Assembly (NCBI GenBank): GCA_017481285.1
Contig: JAFUPI010000003.1
Coordinates: 6,189 to 70,188, forward strand
From: Agathobacter sp.
GTDB taxonomy: Bacteria > Bacillota > Clostridia > Lachnospirales > Lachnospiraceae
Direction of reading: 5' to 3'
Length of the DNA: 64,000 nt
This document shows positions 29,804 to 39,451 of this stretch, piece by piece (the first letter of the stretch is position 1; each line of letters begins with the position of its first letter). The notes below the pieces were generated by a model. That model worked only from the letters and a program-made list of their open reading frames with translations, had not been told where the DNA came from and made no database searches. A program made the position numbers and the translations under genes.

Positions 29804-30691
29804 ATGAACTTTTTATTTGACATTATCAAAGGTATGTTAATCGGTGTAGCAAATATTATCCCAGGTGTAAGTGGTGGAACTATGATGGTTTCTATGGGGG
29901 TGTATGAAAAAATCATCGGTGTAGTAAATAATTTATTTAAAGATATTAAGAAAGCTATTCTTACTTTATTGCCATTGGGAATTGGAATGTTACTTGGAAT
30001 AGCAGTGTTTTCTTTCATTATTCCATGGTGTTTGGAAGTATATCCATTTCCAACCAGCTTTTGCTTTATCGGTTTAATCCTTGGTGGTGTACCAGCAATT
30101 ATTAAGCCTGCAAAAGAAAGTCTTCACAAGGAAGGCAAAAGCATTTCAGCTCCACATATTATTGCGTTTGTATTTTCCTTTGCACTTGCAGTAGGAATGG
30201 CAGCTATGAATGAAACACAGACAACTTCTGCAAATTTTGATTTGAATCCTGGATTTATGATTGTTATTTTCCTCGTAGGTGTAGTTGCAGCAGCGACTAT
30301 GGTTATTCCAGGTGTGAGCGGTTCCCTCGTACTTATGATTTTAGGTTTTTATGCAGGTATCATGTCATCTATTAGTGGATTTATTTCAGCTGTATTTGCA
30401 TGGGATTGGAATTTAATTTGGTATTATGTGGGAGTGCTTGCTCCATTCGGTGTTGGTGTAATTGTTGGTATTTTTGCAGTAGCCAAATTAATCGAATTTT
30501 TATTTGAAAAATTTCCATCCATTACTTATTGTGGAATTTTAGGTCTTATCGTGGCTTCTCCAATTGCTATCGTAATTAAGATGGGAAACAATAATATTAA
30601 TGTAGTAACAATTATTGTAGGTATCGTACTTCTTGCAGTAGGAACATGGTTTACTTATTGGTTTGGAAAGAAGACCGAAGGTATGGAATAG
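29804..30691 (+). CDS. DUF368 membrane protein
   Basis: IPGVSGGT and MVIPGVSGS repeats. Confidence 0.9.
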   Translation: MNFLFDIIKGMLIGVANIIPGVSGGTMMVSMGVYEKIIGVVNNLFKDIKKAILTLLPLGIGMLLGIAVFSFIIPWCLEVYPFPTSFCFIGLILGGVPAIIKPAKESLHKEGKSISAPHIIAFVFSFALAVGMAAMNETQTTSANFDLNPGFMIVIFLVGVVAAATMVIPGVSGSLVLMILGFYAGIMSSISGFISAVFAWDWNLIWYYVGVLAPFGVGVIVGIFAVAKLIEFLFEKFPSITYCGILGLIVASPIAIVIKMGNNNINVVTIIVGIVLLAVGTWFTYWFGKKTEGME

Positions 30692-30703
30692 TGTATGTTA
30701 CAA

Positions 30704-30742
30704 AAAGGGCGTCGACAAAGTTATCTTTGCGACGCCTGTTTT
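30704..30742. repeat. Short palindromic repeat/terminator, copy 2
   Basis: GGGCGTCGACAAAGTTATCTTTGCGACGCC between convergent genes. Confidence 0.6.
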
Positions 30743-30743
30743 A

Positions 30744-31586
30744 TTATGTTCGTTTTATTCGAGTGCCCAAGTTGAAGAAGTGGAAACCACCAGTTAGGCC
30801 GACGATAGTGCCAATGATAACTAAGAGGCCCTGAAGCTCTGGACTGGTTAGTGTCAACCATTGTGATGCGGTAGTTCCCCACAAATTGAATAAGAAGTGG
30901 AAGAATATCGCATGGTAGAGGGAAACGCCTTTTTCACATATATAGCCCATGAAAAGACCGAGGATAAAAGTATAGCAGCCCTGAAGCGGATTCATGTGGA
31001 AGACTCCAAACAGAAATGCTTGTATGATGTTGGCAATCCAAAATGGAAATGCTCTTCGGGCGATGCGATAGGTTACACCACGGAATATAAGTTCTTCTCC
31101 GATTGGTGCTAAGCATACGGAGTATATCATCATAAGTAGTGGAACCTCACCAGAAAGTCCTGCATTTTCGATGAGTTCCATGTAATCTTCCAGCCAGTTT
31201 GGAAATGCCAGGGAAATCATGCTGGTAACGATACTGCTCATAAACTGAGAGCCTGGAACAAGGAGAACCAAACCAAGTATTTCATAAGGATGAAAGTCCT
31301 TTTTAAGGTTGATTTTAAAATTGCCACCGCAACTTTTGTAGTACCAAATAGCAAATACAGTAATACATGATACGGAGAAAATGATACTTGCAATTGTATT
31401 AAAATTCATATCAGATGCAAGAATAAATAAGTCTTCTTCTGTATAAATCTTACCTTGTATTGCTGGTGCAATATTAAAAAGGAACACAGACGCAATAAAT
31501 AAAAGATAGTATACCGCTACAAATTGTATTCCAATTGCAAGGAAAAATGGTACAGATGAAAAAAGAAGTGTCGTAATTTTCTTCAT
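30744..31586 (-). CDS. CPBP (CAAX/Abi) intramembrane metalloprotease
   Basis: EELIFRG, FGVFH, HFLFN. Confidence 0.9.
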   Translation of the reverse strand: MKKITTLLFSSVPFFLAIGIQFVAVYYLLFIASVFLFNIAPAIQGKIYTEEDLFILASDMNFNTIASIIFSVSCITVFAIWYYKSCGGNFKINLKKDFHPYEILGLVLLVPGSQFMSSIVTSMISLAFPNWLEDYMELIENAGLSGEVPLLMMIYSVCLAPIGEELIFRGVTYRIARRAFPFWIANIIQAFLFGVFHMNPLQGCYTFILGLFMGYICEKGVSLYHAIFFHFLFNLWGTTASQWLTLTSPELQGLLVIIGTIVGLTGGFHFFNLGTRIKRT

Positions 31587-31653
31587 AAATATTCCCCTAT
31601 AAAACAAAAATCGTGTTTATATTATATCATACTGAGAAGTGAATTCAACTTTA

Positions 31654-32228
31654 ATTCGCAAAGTAGGAGTCCCATGAATTCCGATTTGGCGACGCCTTAT
31701 CTTAGAATTCGTAATAAATATGTCGTTGTGTCTTCTAGGAAATTTCTCTCGGTTAAGTAAAACGCGTATTTTCTAAGAAACACTCTGTGTGCTTTTATGA
31801 TTTATTATGTCTGTCAAAAGTTTTACAATCTGCACCACTTTGTCCGTGTGCAAAAGGACACCCTTACGAGGATTTCGTAGTTTCTCTTATGCGGGCAGAA
31901 TTATAAAATGTCATGAGCCATGCAAACTGTCTGAGGTGCCGCACTTGCACCGAGTTTTTGCATGGCTCATGCAATATCAACTTTATAAGACGGCCCACAT
32001 TAGAGAAACAGAAATAGGAGTACGGTGTCTGTTGCACACGGACAAAGTGGCGCAGATTGTAAAAGCTATGCCAGACACAAAAATTAAGCACGCAGAGTGT
32101 TTCAAGAAAATAAACGCGTTTTCATTAAAGGTTCGAAATTCCCTAGAAGACACAGCGACATATTTTATTTCCAAAAGTAACATAAGGCGTCGCCAAATCG
32201 GAATTCATGGGACTCCTACTTTGTGAAT
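31654..32228. repeat. ~575-bp imperfect palindrome (MITE/REPIN-like or long hairpin RNA)
   Basis: 42-bp perfect terminal arms 31659-31700/32182-32223; interrupted complementarity continues to the centre near 31941. Confidence 0.85.
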
Positions 32229-32313
32229 AGCAGTAGTTGTTCAAGAAACTTGTTTACTATAACACTTTAATGTGCTAAAATGTATCTACCTAAAGAAAGT
32301 AGAGGAGATAGGT

Positions 32314-32619
32314 ATGGAAAAGGGGTTACATTCTGCAGCAGTAAATCATTTTTTCGAAGCGGTATTGTCACTGGAGAATAAAGAAGAATGTTATAAATTC
32401 TTTGAAGATGTATGTACGGTAAAAGAATTATCTGCAATTGCACAACGTGTCGAGGTTGCGAAAATGCTCCGAGAAGAGAGAACCTATTTAGATATTGCAA
32501 AAGAGACAGGTGCTTCTACTGCAACGATTAGTCGTGTGAATCGTTCTCTTAATTATGGAAACAAGGGCCTGGATATGGTTCTAGAACGAATTAGCCATAC
32601 AGACGTAAAGGATAAATGA
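32314..32619 (+). CDS. YerC/YecD TrpR-like protein
   Basis: FFEDVCTVKEL…QRVEVAKML…TGASTATISRVNR. Confidence 0.9.
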   Translation: MEKGLHSAAVNHFFEAVLSLENKEECYKFFEDVCTVKELSAIAQRVEVAKMLREERTYLDIAKETGASTATISRVNRSLNYGNKGLDMVLERISHTDVKDK

Positions 32620-32642
32620 TAGACGTATTAACCAAAAAAAGA

Positions 32643-32705
32643 TACCCCCATATATGAAATTGTAAGCCTTACGTTAGTACAGCTACAATTTTATATATGG
32701 GGGTA
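32643..32705. terminator. Long hairpin between convergent genes
   Basis: TACCCCCATATATGAAATTGTA/TACAATTTTATATATGGGGGTA. Confidence 0.65.
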
Positions 32706-32708
32706 ATT

Positions 32709-33317
32709 TTAGTCTTCCGTAGTTAATACGTCATCGATCATTTTTTCAATCATCTGTTTTTTGATATAGATATCAAAACTGAGCAGACAGATGAAACTGA
32801 AGGTCTGTAAAAGCTCCTGATCTTCTTCTGGATAGTCGGTAAAGGTTCCTTTGGCAATCTGGTATTTTTTAGAAAACTCCTTTAGCACCTTGGTAGATTC
32901 TTCTTTTTCCATATCGAAGATTTCCTTATAGATATCTTCCATATTGAAGCCGTCTTTGTTACCGAAATATTTGTCGGTGATAGGATTTAATACCGAATGA
33001 ATATCGCTGATGCTTAAGATGTTTTTGAGATAGTAAATAAAAATCAAGCAAAGCAAATGTTCTTTGGAATATTTCTTTTTCACAGGAGGGGGAAGCAGGT
33101 CGTTTTTGGTGTAGTTGTTAATCATAGTTTTGGTTAACAATTTGTCATCCTCACGACGCTTGGACATTTCCAACTGATCATCCATAAAGCTGGTAATCTG
33201 GTCCATATATAAATCAATATTTGGAATAGACTCAGGACTGATATAATCGATACCATTTAATTTATCAAGTAGACTAAGGATGGCTTTTTTCATATCTGAA
33301 TTTGATGTGTTGCTCAT
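32709..33317 (-). CDS. DUF1836-family putative regulator
   Basis: IPNIDLYMDQI, LTKTMINNYTK, PPVKKKYSKEH. Confidence 0.9.
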   Translation of the reverse strand: MSNTSNSDMKKAILSLLDKLNGIDYISPESIPNIDLYMDQITSFMDDQLEMSKRREDDKLLTKTMINNYTKNDLLPPPVKKKYSKEHLLCLIFIYYLKNILSISDIHSVLNPITDKYFGNKDGFNMEDIYKEIFDMEKEESTKVLKEFSKKYQIAKGTFTDYPEEDQELLQTFSFICLLSFDIYIKKQMIEKMIDDVLTTED

Positions 33318-33419
33318 TTTAAATCACCTCTTGCGTTTTTTGTGTTAAAAAATAAAATTTTTATTTGTATTATATAGTATTTGAAACTAGATGACAAGAA
33401 AAAATAGTGAGGTTTTGTC

Positions 33420-35825
33420 ATGGAAAAATTTGATTATGCAATTTTGAAAAATTCAAACGTAATTCAGGAGAAACGATTGCCCGTACATTCGAACCACGTA
33501 TGTATGCCGAATTGGTTTGAGGCGGAACAGAATTCTTTTCGCATGAGCCTGGATGGTTTATGGAAATTTGCTTATGCGAAAAATATGGATTTGGCAGTCG
33601 TGGATTTTGAGAAAGAAGAATACAACTGTAAGGGCTGGGATGAGATTCGTGTGCCTTCTTCACTTGAAGTAGAAGGTCATTTTCTCAGTGAGATTACAGA
33701 GGAATATAACCCTGTGGCGAGCTATGTAAAATATTTTACACTGCCAGTAAATATGCGAGGAGAGCGTGTGTGTATTTCTTTCCAAGGGGTAGAAGGTGGT
33801 TTAGCAGTATGGCTAAACGGCCAGTATGTAGGATATAACGAGGAGCCTTTTGCACCAGCAGAATTTGAACTGACCCCATATTTGAAGGCGGGAGAGAATA
33901 AGCTGGCGGTTCGTGTGTGGAAATGGACTTCTAGCAGTGTGACCGAGGAGGAGTGCCTTCGTTTTTGGGGAATCTTTAGAGGAGTATATTTGTATGCAGT
34001 TCCTAGGACTCATATTTGGGATTTGCAGATTGTGCCAGAGGTTTCCGAGGACCTTTCAGAAGCGAGTTTAACAATCCTTACAACTACCTGTGGAAAGGGC
34101 GAAATAGAGGTTCAACTTTTTGACGATACCATGCAGGAAGTATTGGGCGGTGTAATGGCAATTGAAGAAGGGGAAGAAGGCTCGGATGACATACAATCCG
34201 GGATTGCAGGAATGATCATGGATCCAAAACTTTGGAGTGCAGAGACACCAATTCTCTATACACTTCAGTTAGAAGTGAGAGATGAGAATGGTGATTTGAC
34301 AGAGGTTACCAGTCAGTCTGTAGGCTTTTGTCGATTCGAGATGAAGGATGATGTGATGCACTTAAATGGCAAGCCAGTTGTATTTAAAGGTGTAAACTGG
34401 CTGGGGCTTAGTGCAGACAGAAGTCGTGTATTAACTCGCGAAGAAATGCGAGATGCTGTTGTGACCATGAAACAGAACAATATCAACACAGTATGGGCAA
34501 GCCGTTTTTTAGATTCTTCCTACATGAATGAGTTGTGCGATGCATACGGTCTTTATGTAATGAAGGAAGATGAAAATTATGATAACGCACTGCAATATAT
34601 GGAGTGGACCAAGAGTGCATTTTCGACTAAGCTACAGGAGATAAAATATAACTGTCAAAATATTACAGTAACTTTTGACGAAAAGACATTTACTGTGTGG
34701 AATCAAAACCTATTCCGTAATACCAATGTATATCAGGCGTTTGTTCTTTTACAGAAAGATGGACAGGCGATAGCGAAATTCGAAATGGAGATTTCGGTTG
34801 CTCCTTTGGAGAAGAAAAAATACGATATTCCACAGCAGTTTTTGGATATTATGGATAATTTGAAAATTGCTAGTATTGTAAGTGGGGGAGAAACTCCAGA
34901 GTTCGCGGTTACGGTTTCCTTCTGTCTAAAAGAAAATAATATGTGGGCAAAACGTGGACATGAAGTGGCTTTTGGGCAATATATTTATAAGAAAGAAGTC
35001 TTACCTTATGAATGTGAAGAACCAATCGAAGTAGTACAAGGAAGAAATGCGATAGTTGTAAAAGGCTGTCATTTTAGTGCTCTTTTCTCAAAAGAGGATG
35101 AGGGTCTGATTTCGTATGTTTACGGTGGTAAGGAAATGCTTAAGAGTGCTCCGCTTCCAAATTTTTGGCGAGTGCCAATGGAGAAGGATGCAGAAAGACT
35201 TACACAACAAAACTATGTACAGTGGAAGCTTGCAAGTATGTATCTTACGGTAAAAAATCAGGAAAATACACCTCTTATCGAAGAATTGGAAAATAGTGTG
35301 AAAGTAATATATAACTACTATATGCCTACGACACCTGCGAGCGGTTGTCAGGTTTGCTACCATGTGTTTGGCGATGGAACCATTGAAACGACGATGATCT
35401 GTGATTCGGTGGAGGAACTTGGAGAGATGCCAGAATTTGGTATGATGTTTAAGTTGGATTTAGAGTATGATCGAGTAAGATGGTATGGTTTGGGACCAGA
35501 AGCAACTGATACAGAAGACCAGAAAGGCGGCAAATTAGGTATTTATGAAAATAAAGTAGCCGACATCTTGACTGGAAATTGTGTTTCACAAGAGTATGAA
35601 AATATATGCGGCGTGCGTTTCGCAGAAGTGATGAATCACGCAGAATGTGGTATGTGCTTCTTTGGAGATGCAATGTCCTTTTCTGCATTGCCATATACAC
35701 CTCATGAACTGGAGAATGCTGCAAATGATTCTAAACTCCCAGAGGTGCAAAATACGGTTATTCGAGTTGCTTTGTCGGATGTTTCCAAGAAAAAGGTATT
35801 TACATTCTGCTTCCGTGGTGTATAA
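33420..35825 (+). CDS. LacZ-like GH2 protein lacking most of the catalytic barrel
   Basis: GH2 sugar-binding, Ig-like and small-chain regions present; NRHE/RTSHYP degenerate, WSLGNE region absent. Confidence 0.75.
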   Translation: MEKFDYAILKNSNVIQEKRLPVHSNHVCMPNWFEAEQNSFRMSLDGLWKFAYAKNMDLAVVDFEKEEYNCKGWDEIRVPSSLEVEGHFLSEITEEYNPVASYVKYFTLPVNMRGERVCISFQGVEGGLAVWLNGQYVGYNEEPFAPAEFELTPYLKAGENKLAVRVWKWTSSSVTEEECLRFWGIFRGVYLYAVPRTHIWDLQIVPEVSEDLSEASLTILTTTCGKGEIEVQLFDDTMQEVLGGVMAIEEGEEGSDDIQSGIAGMIMDPKLWSAETPILYTLQLEVRDENGDLTEVTSQSVGFCRFEMKDDVMHLNGKPVVFKGVNWLGLSADRSRVLTREEMRDAVVTMKQNNINTVWASRFLDSSYMNELCDAYGLYVMKEDENYDNALQYMEWTKSAFSTKLQEIKYNCQNITVTFDEKTFTVWNQNLFRNTNVYQAFVLLQKDGQAIAKFEMEISVAPLEKKKYDIPQQFLDIMDNLKIASIVSGGETPEFAVTVSFCLKENNMWAKRGHEVAFGQYIYKKEVLPYECEEPIEVVQGRNAIVVKGCHFSALFSKEDEGLISYVYGGKEMLKSAPLPNFWRVPMEKDAERLTQQNYVQWKLASMYLTVKNQENTPLIEELENSVKVIYNYYMPTTPASGCQVCYHVFGDGTIETTMICDSVEELGEMPEFGMMFKLDLEYDRVRWYGLGPEATDTEDQKGGKLGIYENKVADILTGNCVSQEYENICGVRFAEVMNHAECGMCFFGDAMSFSALPYTPHELENAANDSKLPEVQNTVIRVALSDVSKKKVFTFCFRGV

Positions 35826-35870
35826 TAATACCAAACATATGTGCGATTAGCGTGGAAAAGGAATTAGAAT

Positions 35871-38174
35871 ATGAGTATTTATGATACATTGAATGAGGAA
35901 CAGAAAAAAGGCGTATTTACCACAGAAGGGCCTGTTTTGATTTTAGCAGGAGCTGGTTCTGGTAAGACCCGTGTGCTTACCCATCGAGTGGCTTATTTGA
36001 TTGAGGAATGCGCGGTAAATCCATATAATATTATGGCGATTACCTTTACCAACAAGGCTGCAGGTGAGATGCGTGAGCGTATCGACGATATGGTGGGATA
36101 TGGCTCGGAGAGTATTTGGGTAGCCACCTTCCATTCTACCTGTGTACGTATTTTGCGAAGATATATTGACCGCTTGGGATATGACACGAATTTTACAATT
36201 TACGATGCGGACGACCAAAAGACTCTGATGAAAGAAATCTGTAAGCGATTACAGATTGATACCAAGATTCATAAGGAGAAGACATTTTTGAATGTGATTT
36301 CTTCTGCGAAGGATGAACTGGTAGACCCAATTGAATTTGCTACCAGAGCAGCAGGCGATTATACGAAGCGTATTCAGGCACAGGTTTATACGGAGTATCA
36401 GAGGGAATTAAAGCAGAACAATGCGTTGGATTTTGATGACTTATTATTTAAGACAGTAGAGCTTTTCAAGCTGGATAAGGATGTACTTGCTTCTTATCAG
36501 GAAAGATTCAGATACATCATGGTGGACGAGTATCAGGATACGAATACAGCACAGTTTGAATTGATTCGACTTTTAGCATCCAAGTACAAGAATTTGTGTG
36601 TAGTAGGTGATGATGATCAGTCGATTTATAAGTTCCGTGGAGCAAATATTTATAATATTTTGAACTTTGAGAAGCATTTTCCAGATGCAACGGTGATTAA
36701 ATTGGAACAGAATTACCGTTCTACACAGAATATTCTGGATGCTGCCAACAGTGTCATTGCCAATAATGTAGGTCGTAAGGATAAGGCTCTTTGGACAGAT
36801 AATGGTAGTGGAGATAAAATCGCTTTTGAACAGCTGGAGAGTGGCTATGAGGAAGCGGATTTTGTAGCAAGAGATATTGCTGGTAAAGTGAGAAGAGGAG
36901 AATACACGTACAAGGATTGTGCGATTCTTTATCGTACCAATGCCCAGTCCCGTCTTTTTGAAGAGCGGTTTATCGTTTCGAATATTCCGTATAAGATTGT
37001 GGGCGGTGTAAACTTCTACTCTAGAAAAGAAGTAAAGGATATTCTGGCATATTTGAAAACGATTGACAATGGCAGGGATGACCTGGCGGTCAAACGTATT
37101 ATTAATGTACCGAAGCGAGGCATTGGAGCGACATCCATTACGAAGGTAAGCAATTATGCTTTCGATAACGAAATTCCATTTTATACTGCACTGAGACAGG
37201 CTTCTGATATTCCAGGACTTGGAAAGGCAGCAGACAAGATTCGCCCATTTGTCATGTTTATTCAGTCTATGCGTGCAAAACTGGATAATGGATATACACT
37301 GACACAGTTGATTCTGGATATTATCGAGACGACAAGTTATGTAGAGGAATTGGAAGCAGAAGGGACCGAAGAAGCACAGGCTCGTATTGAAAATATTGAT
37401 GAATTGATTTCCAAGATTTCTTCCTACGAGGAAGGCGAAGAAAATCCTACTTTGAGTGGATTTTTGGAAGAAGTCGCTTTAGTTGCGGATATTGACAGCC
37501 TAGATGAAAACAGCGATTATGTGGTGCTGATGACCTTACATAGTGCGAAGGGCTTGGAATTCCCAAATGTATATTTAGCTGGTATGGAAGATGGATTGTT
37601 CCCAAGCTATATGTCAATTACGAGTGATGATGCTACGAATGAGCTGGAAGAAGAACGTCGTCTGGCTTATGTAGGTATTACACGAGCCAAAGAGCATTTG
37701 ACGATTACAGCGGCACGTAGCCGTATGATTCGTGGAGAGACGCAGTTTAATCGTGTATCACGCTTTGTCAAAGAGATTCCAAGGCATTTATTGGGAGGCG
37801 AGATTTATGAGCCAAAGGCTGCTGAAGAACCAGTAGAGGATAATGCATATCAGAGAGCGAAGAAAGCATTCCGGACATCTGCCACTTCCTATAGTGCGTA
37901 TAATCAAAGCTACCAAGGTTCCACATTTGGTGCATCTAAGAATAAGGTTCCAACATACACACCGGTTACGAACCAGCGTTCCTTTGCATCAACGAATACG
38001 GCCAAAGCTGCCCTGGAATATGGTGTTGGTGACCGGGTTCGCCATATCAAATTTGGGGATGGTGAGGTTATGGCTGTAGTAGAAGGCGGAAGAGACTATG
38101 AGGTTACGGTTGACTTTGATAAGGCAGGAACCAAAAAAATGTTTGCCTCCTTTGCAAAATTGAAAAAATTATAA
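35871..38174 (+). CDS. pcrA: ATP-dependent DNA helicase PcrA
   Basis: AGAGSGKT, DEYQDTN, GDDDQSIY, HSAKGLEF, C-terminal Tudor-like domain. Confidence 0.95.
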   Translation: MSIYDTLNEEQKKGVFTTEGPVLILAGAGSGKTRVLTHRVAYLIEECAVNPYNIMAITFTNKAAGEMRERIDDMVGYGSESIWVATFHSTCVRILRRYIDRLGYDTNFTIYDADDQKTLMKEICKRLQIDTKIHKEKTFLNVISSAKDELVDPIEFATRAAGDYTKRIQAQVYTEYQRELKQNNALDFDDLLFKTVELFKLDKDVLASYQERFRYIMVDEYQDTNTAQFELIRLLASKYKNLCVVGDDDQSIYKFRGANIYNILNFEKHFPDATVIKLEQNYRSTQNILDAANSVIANNVGRKDKALWTDNGSGDKIAFEQLESGYEEADFVARDIAGKVRRGEYTYKDCAILYRTNAQSRLFEERFIVSNIPYKIVGGVNFYSRKEVKDILAYLKTIDNGRDDLAVKRIINVPKRGIGATSITKVSNYAFDNEIPFYTALRQASDIPGLGKAADKIRPFVMFIQSMRAKLDNGYTLTQLILDIIETTSYVEELEAEGTEEAQARIENIDELISKISSYEEGEENPTLSGFLEEVALVADIDSLDENSDYVVLMTLHSAKGLEFPNVYLAGMEDGLFPSYMSITSDDATNELEEERRLAYVGITRAKEHLTITAARSRMIRGETQFNRVSRFVKEIPRHLLGGEIYEPKAAEEPVEDNAYQRAKKAFRTSATSYSAYNQSYQGSTFGASKNKVPTYTPVTNQRSFASTNTAKAALEYGVGDRVRHIKFGDGEVMAVVEGGRDYEVTVDFDKAGTKKMFASFAKLKKL

Positions 38175-38256
38175 AATAAGTATTTTTTTATAGGAAAAAG
38201 GGAAATCTTATGGTATAATTATAATAATATAAAACGTGTTAAAGGAGTGGGGAAAT

Positions 38257-38517
38257 ATGAAAAACTTTATCGAAGAACTGAAATTGAAAAAGCTTCTGAA
38301 AGAAGAAAAGAAGATGAATCCAATCGTTGTTATTTTAATCGTGATTGGTGTTATCGTTGTGATTGCTGCAGCAGCATATGCAATCTATCGCTTCTTTGCA
38401 CCAGAATATTTAGAAGGTTTGGATGACGATTTTGAGGATGAATTTGAAGATGATTTTTTTGAGGATGATGAAATCGTTTTAGATGACAGTGTTGAACACG
38501 AAATCTTTGCAGATTAA
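38257..38517 (+). CDS. Small membrane protein with acidic tail
   Basis: Single TM segment then D/E/F-rich tail; start uncertain. Confidence 0.7.
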   Translation: MKNFIEELKLKKLLKEEKKMNPIVVILIVIGVIVVIAAAAYAIYRFFAPEYLEGLDDDFEDEFEDDFFEDDEIVLDDSVEHEIFAD

Positions 38518-38647
38518 TAAAATCTTCATAATTCTTAAACTTTTCTCTAGAGATATTCATAATTGATTTTGCTAGGATGAAAGCACAGGACGAATAAGTA
38601 CCTGTGCTTTTTTATTTTACTATTTTGAGGAAAGAAGAAATTTAGTT

Positions 38648-39364
38648 ATGAGCAGAAATTATGAAGTTACTCCAGAGTTGAGAAGAAAATGGGAAAGAAA
38701 AAAATTAGAACGTAAACGACAGATTCGAAGGAGAATAGTAGCTTTTGTGGTACTTTTTGTTGTGATTTTGACAGGTGTATTATACAAGCTGAATGTGATA
38801 CCACACAAATATTATTATAATTCTCATTTTGGGATTACCACATATAAGAGTCAGGTGGACAAGGATGGAGACGGAATCGATGATCAGTCGGATATCTTGT
38901 TTGGTGTGAGAGATTATATTGATAATAAACCGAAGTATAAAAGTGCTTATTATGCAGGCGGATATCCCGATGATGGATATGGGGTATGTACAGACGTGGT
39001 AGCGCAGGGATTTTTAAAGGCCGGATATGATTTGATGGAGCTGGTAAGCGCAGATATCCAGGCACATCCAGAAGATTATGACATTGATATTCCTGATAAG
39101 AATATTGATTTTCGTAGAGTGCGAAATCTTTATGTGTATTTTCAGCACACCGCCATTTCTTTGACGACGGATGTTTCGGATTTTGAAGAATGGCAGGGTG
39201 GTGATGTGGTTGTGTTTAAGAATCATATTGGGATTGTTTCGGACCGACGTAATGCCAATGGCACTCCATTTGTGATTCACCATGGCAGCACGACACAGAT
39301 TGGATATGAGCAGGATATCTTAGAGGGAAGAAACGATATTATCGGACATTTTCGAATAAATTAA
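38648..39364 (+). CDS. DUF1287-family protein
   Basis: YYAGGYP…GVCTDVV, NIDFRRVRNL, WQGGDVV, HIGIVS. Confidence 0.85.
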   Translation: MSRNYEVTPELRRKWERKKLERKRQIRRRIVAFVVLFVVILTGVLYKLNVIPHKYYYNSHFGITTYKSQVDKDGDGIDDQSDILFGVRDYIDNKPKYKSAYYAGGYPDDGYGVCTDVVAQGFLKAGYDLMELVSADIQAHPEDYDIDIPDKNIDFRRVRNLYVYFQHTAISLTTDVSDFEEWQGGDVVVFKNHIGIVSDRRNANGTPFVIHHGSTTQIGYEQDILEGRNDIIGHFRIN

Positions 39365-39451
39365 ATAAAGAAAAAACGAAAAGGACTATTGTAAAAACAG
39401 TAGTCCTTATTTTATAATAGCTAGGTATGAACGAGAAAGGCAGCGTATTTT

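Noticed and set aside
31935-31958. tracrRNA-like GCACCGAGT at the palindrome apex
   Set aside because: Only a short match, with no anti-repeat, array or cas9 in the window.
31807-32226. ORFs inside the giant palindrome
   Set aside because: No RBS or recognisable motifs; short frames on both strands are probably incidental.
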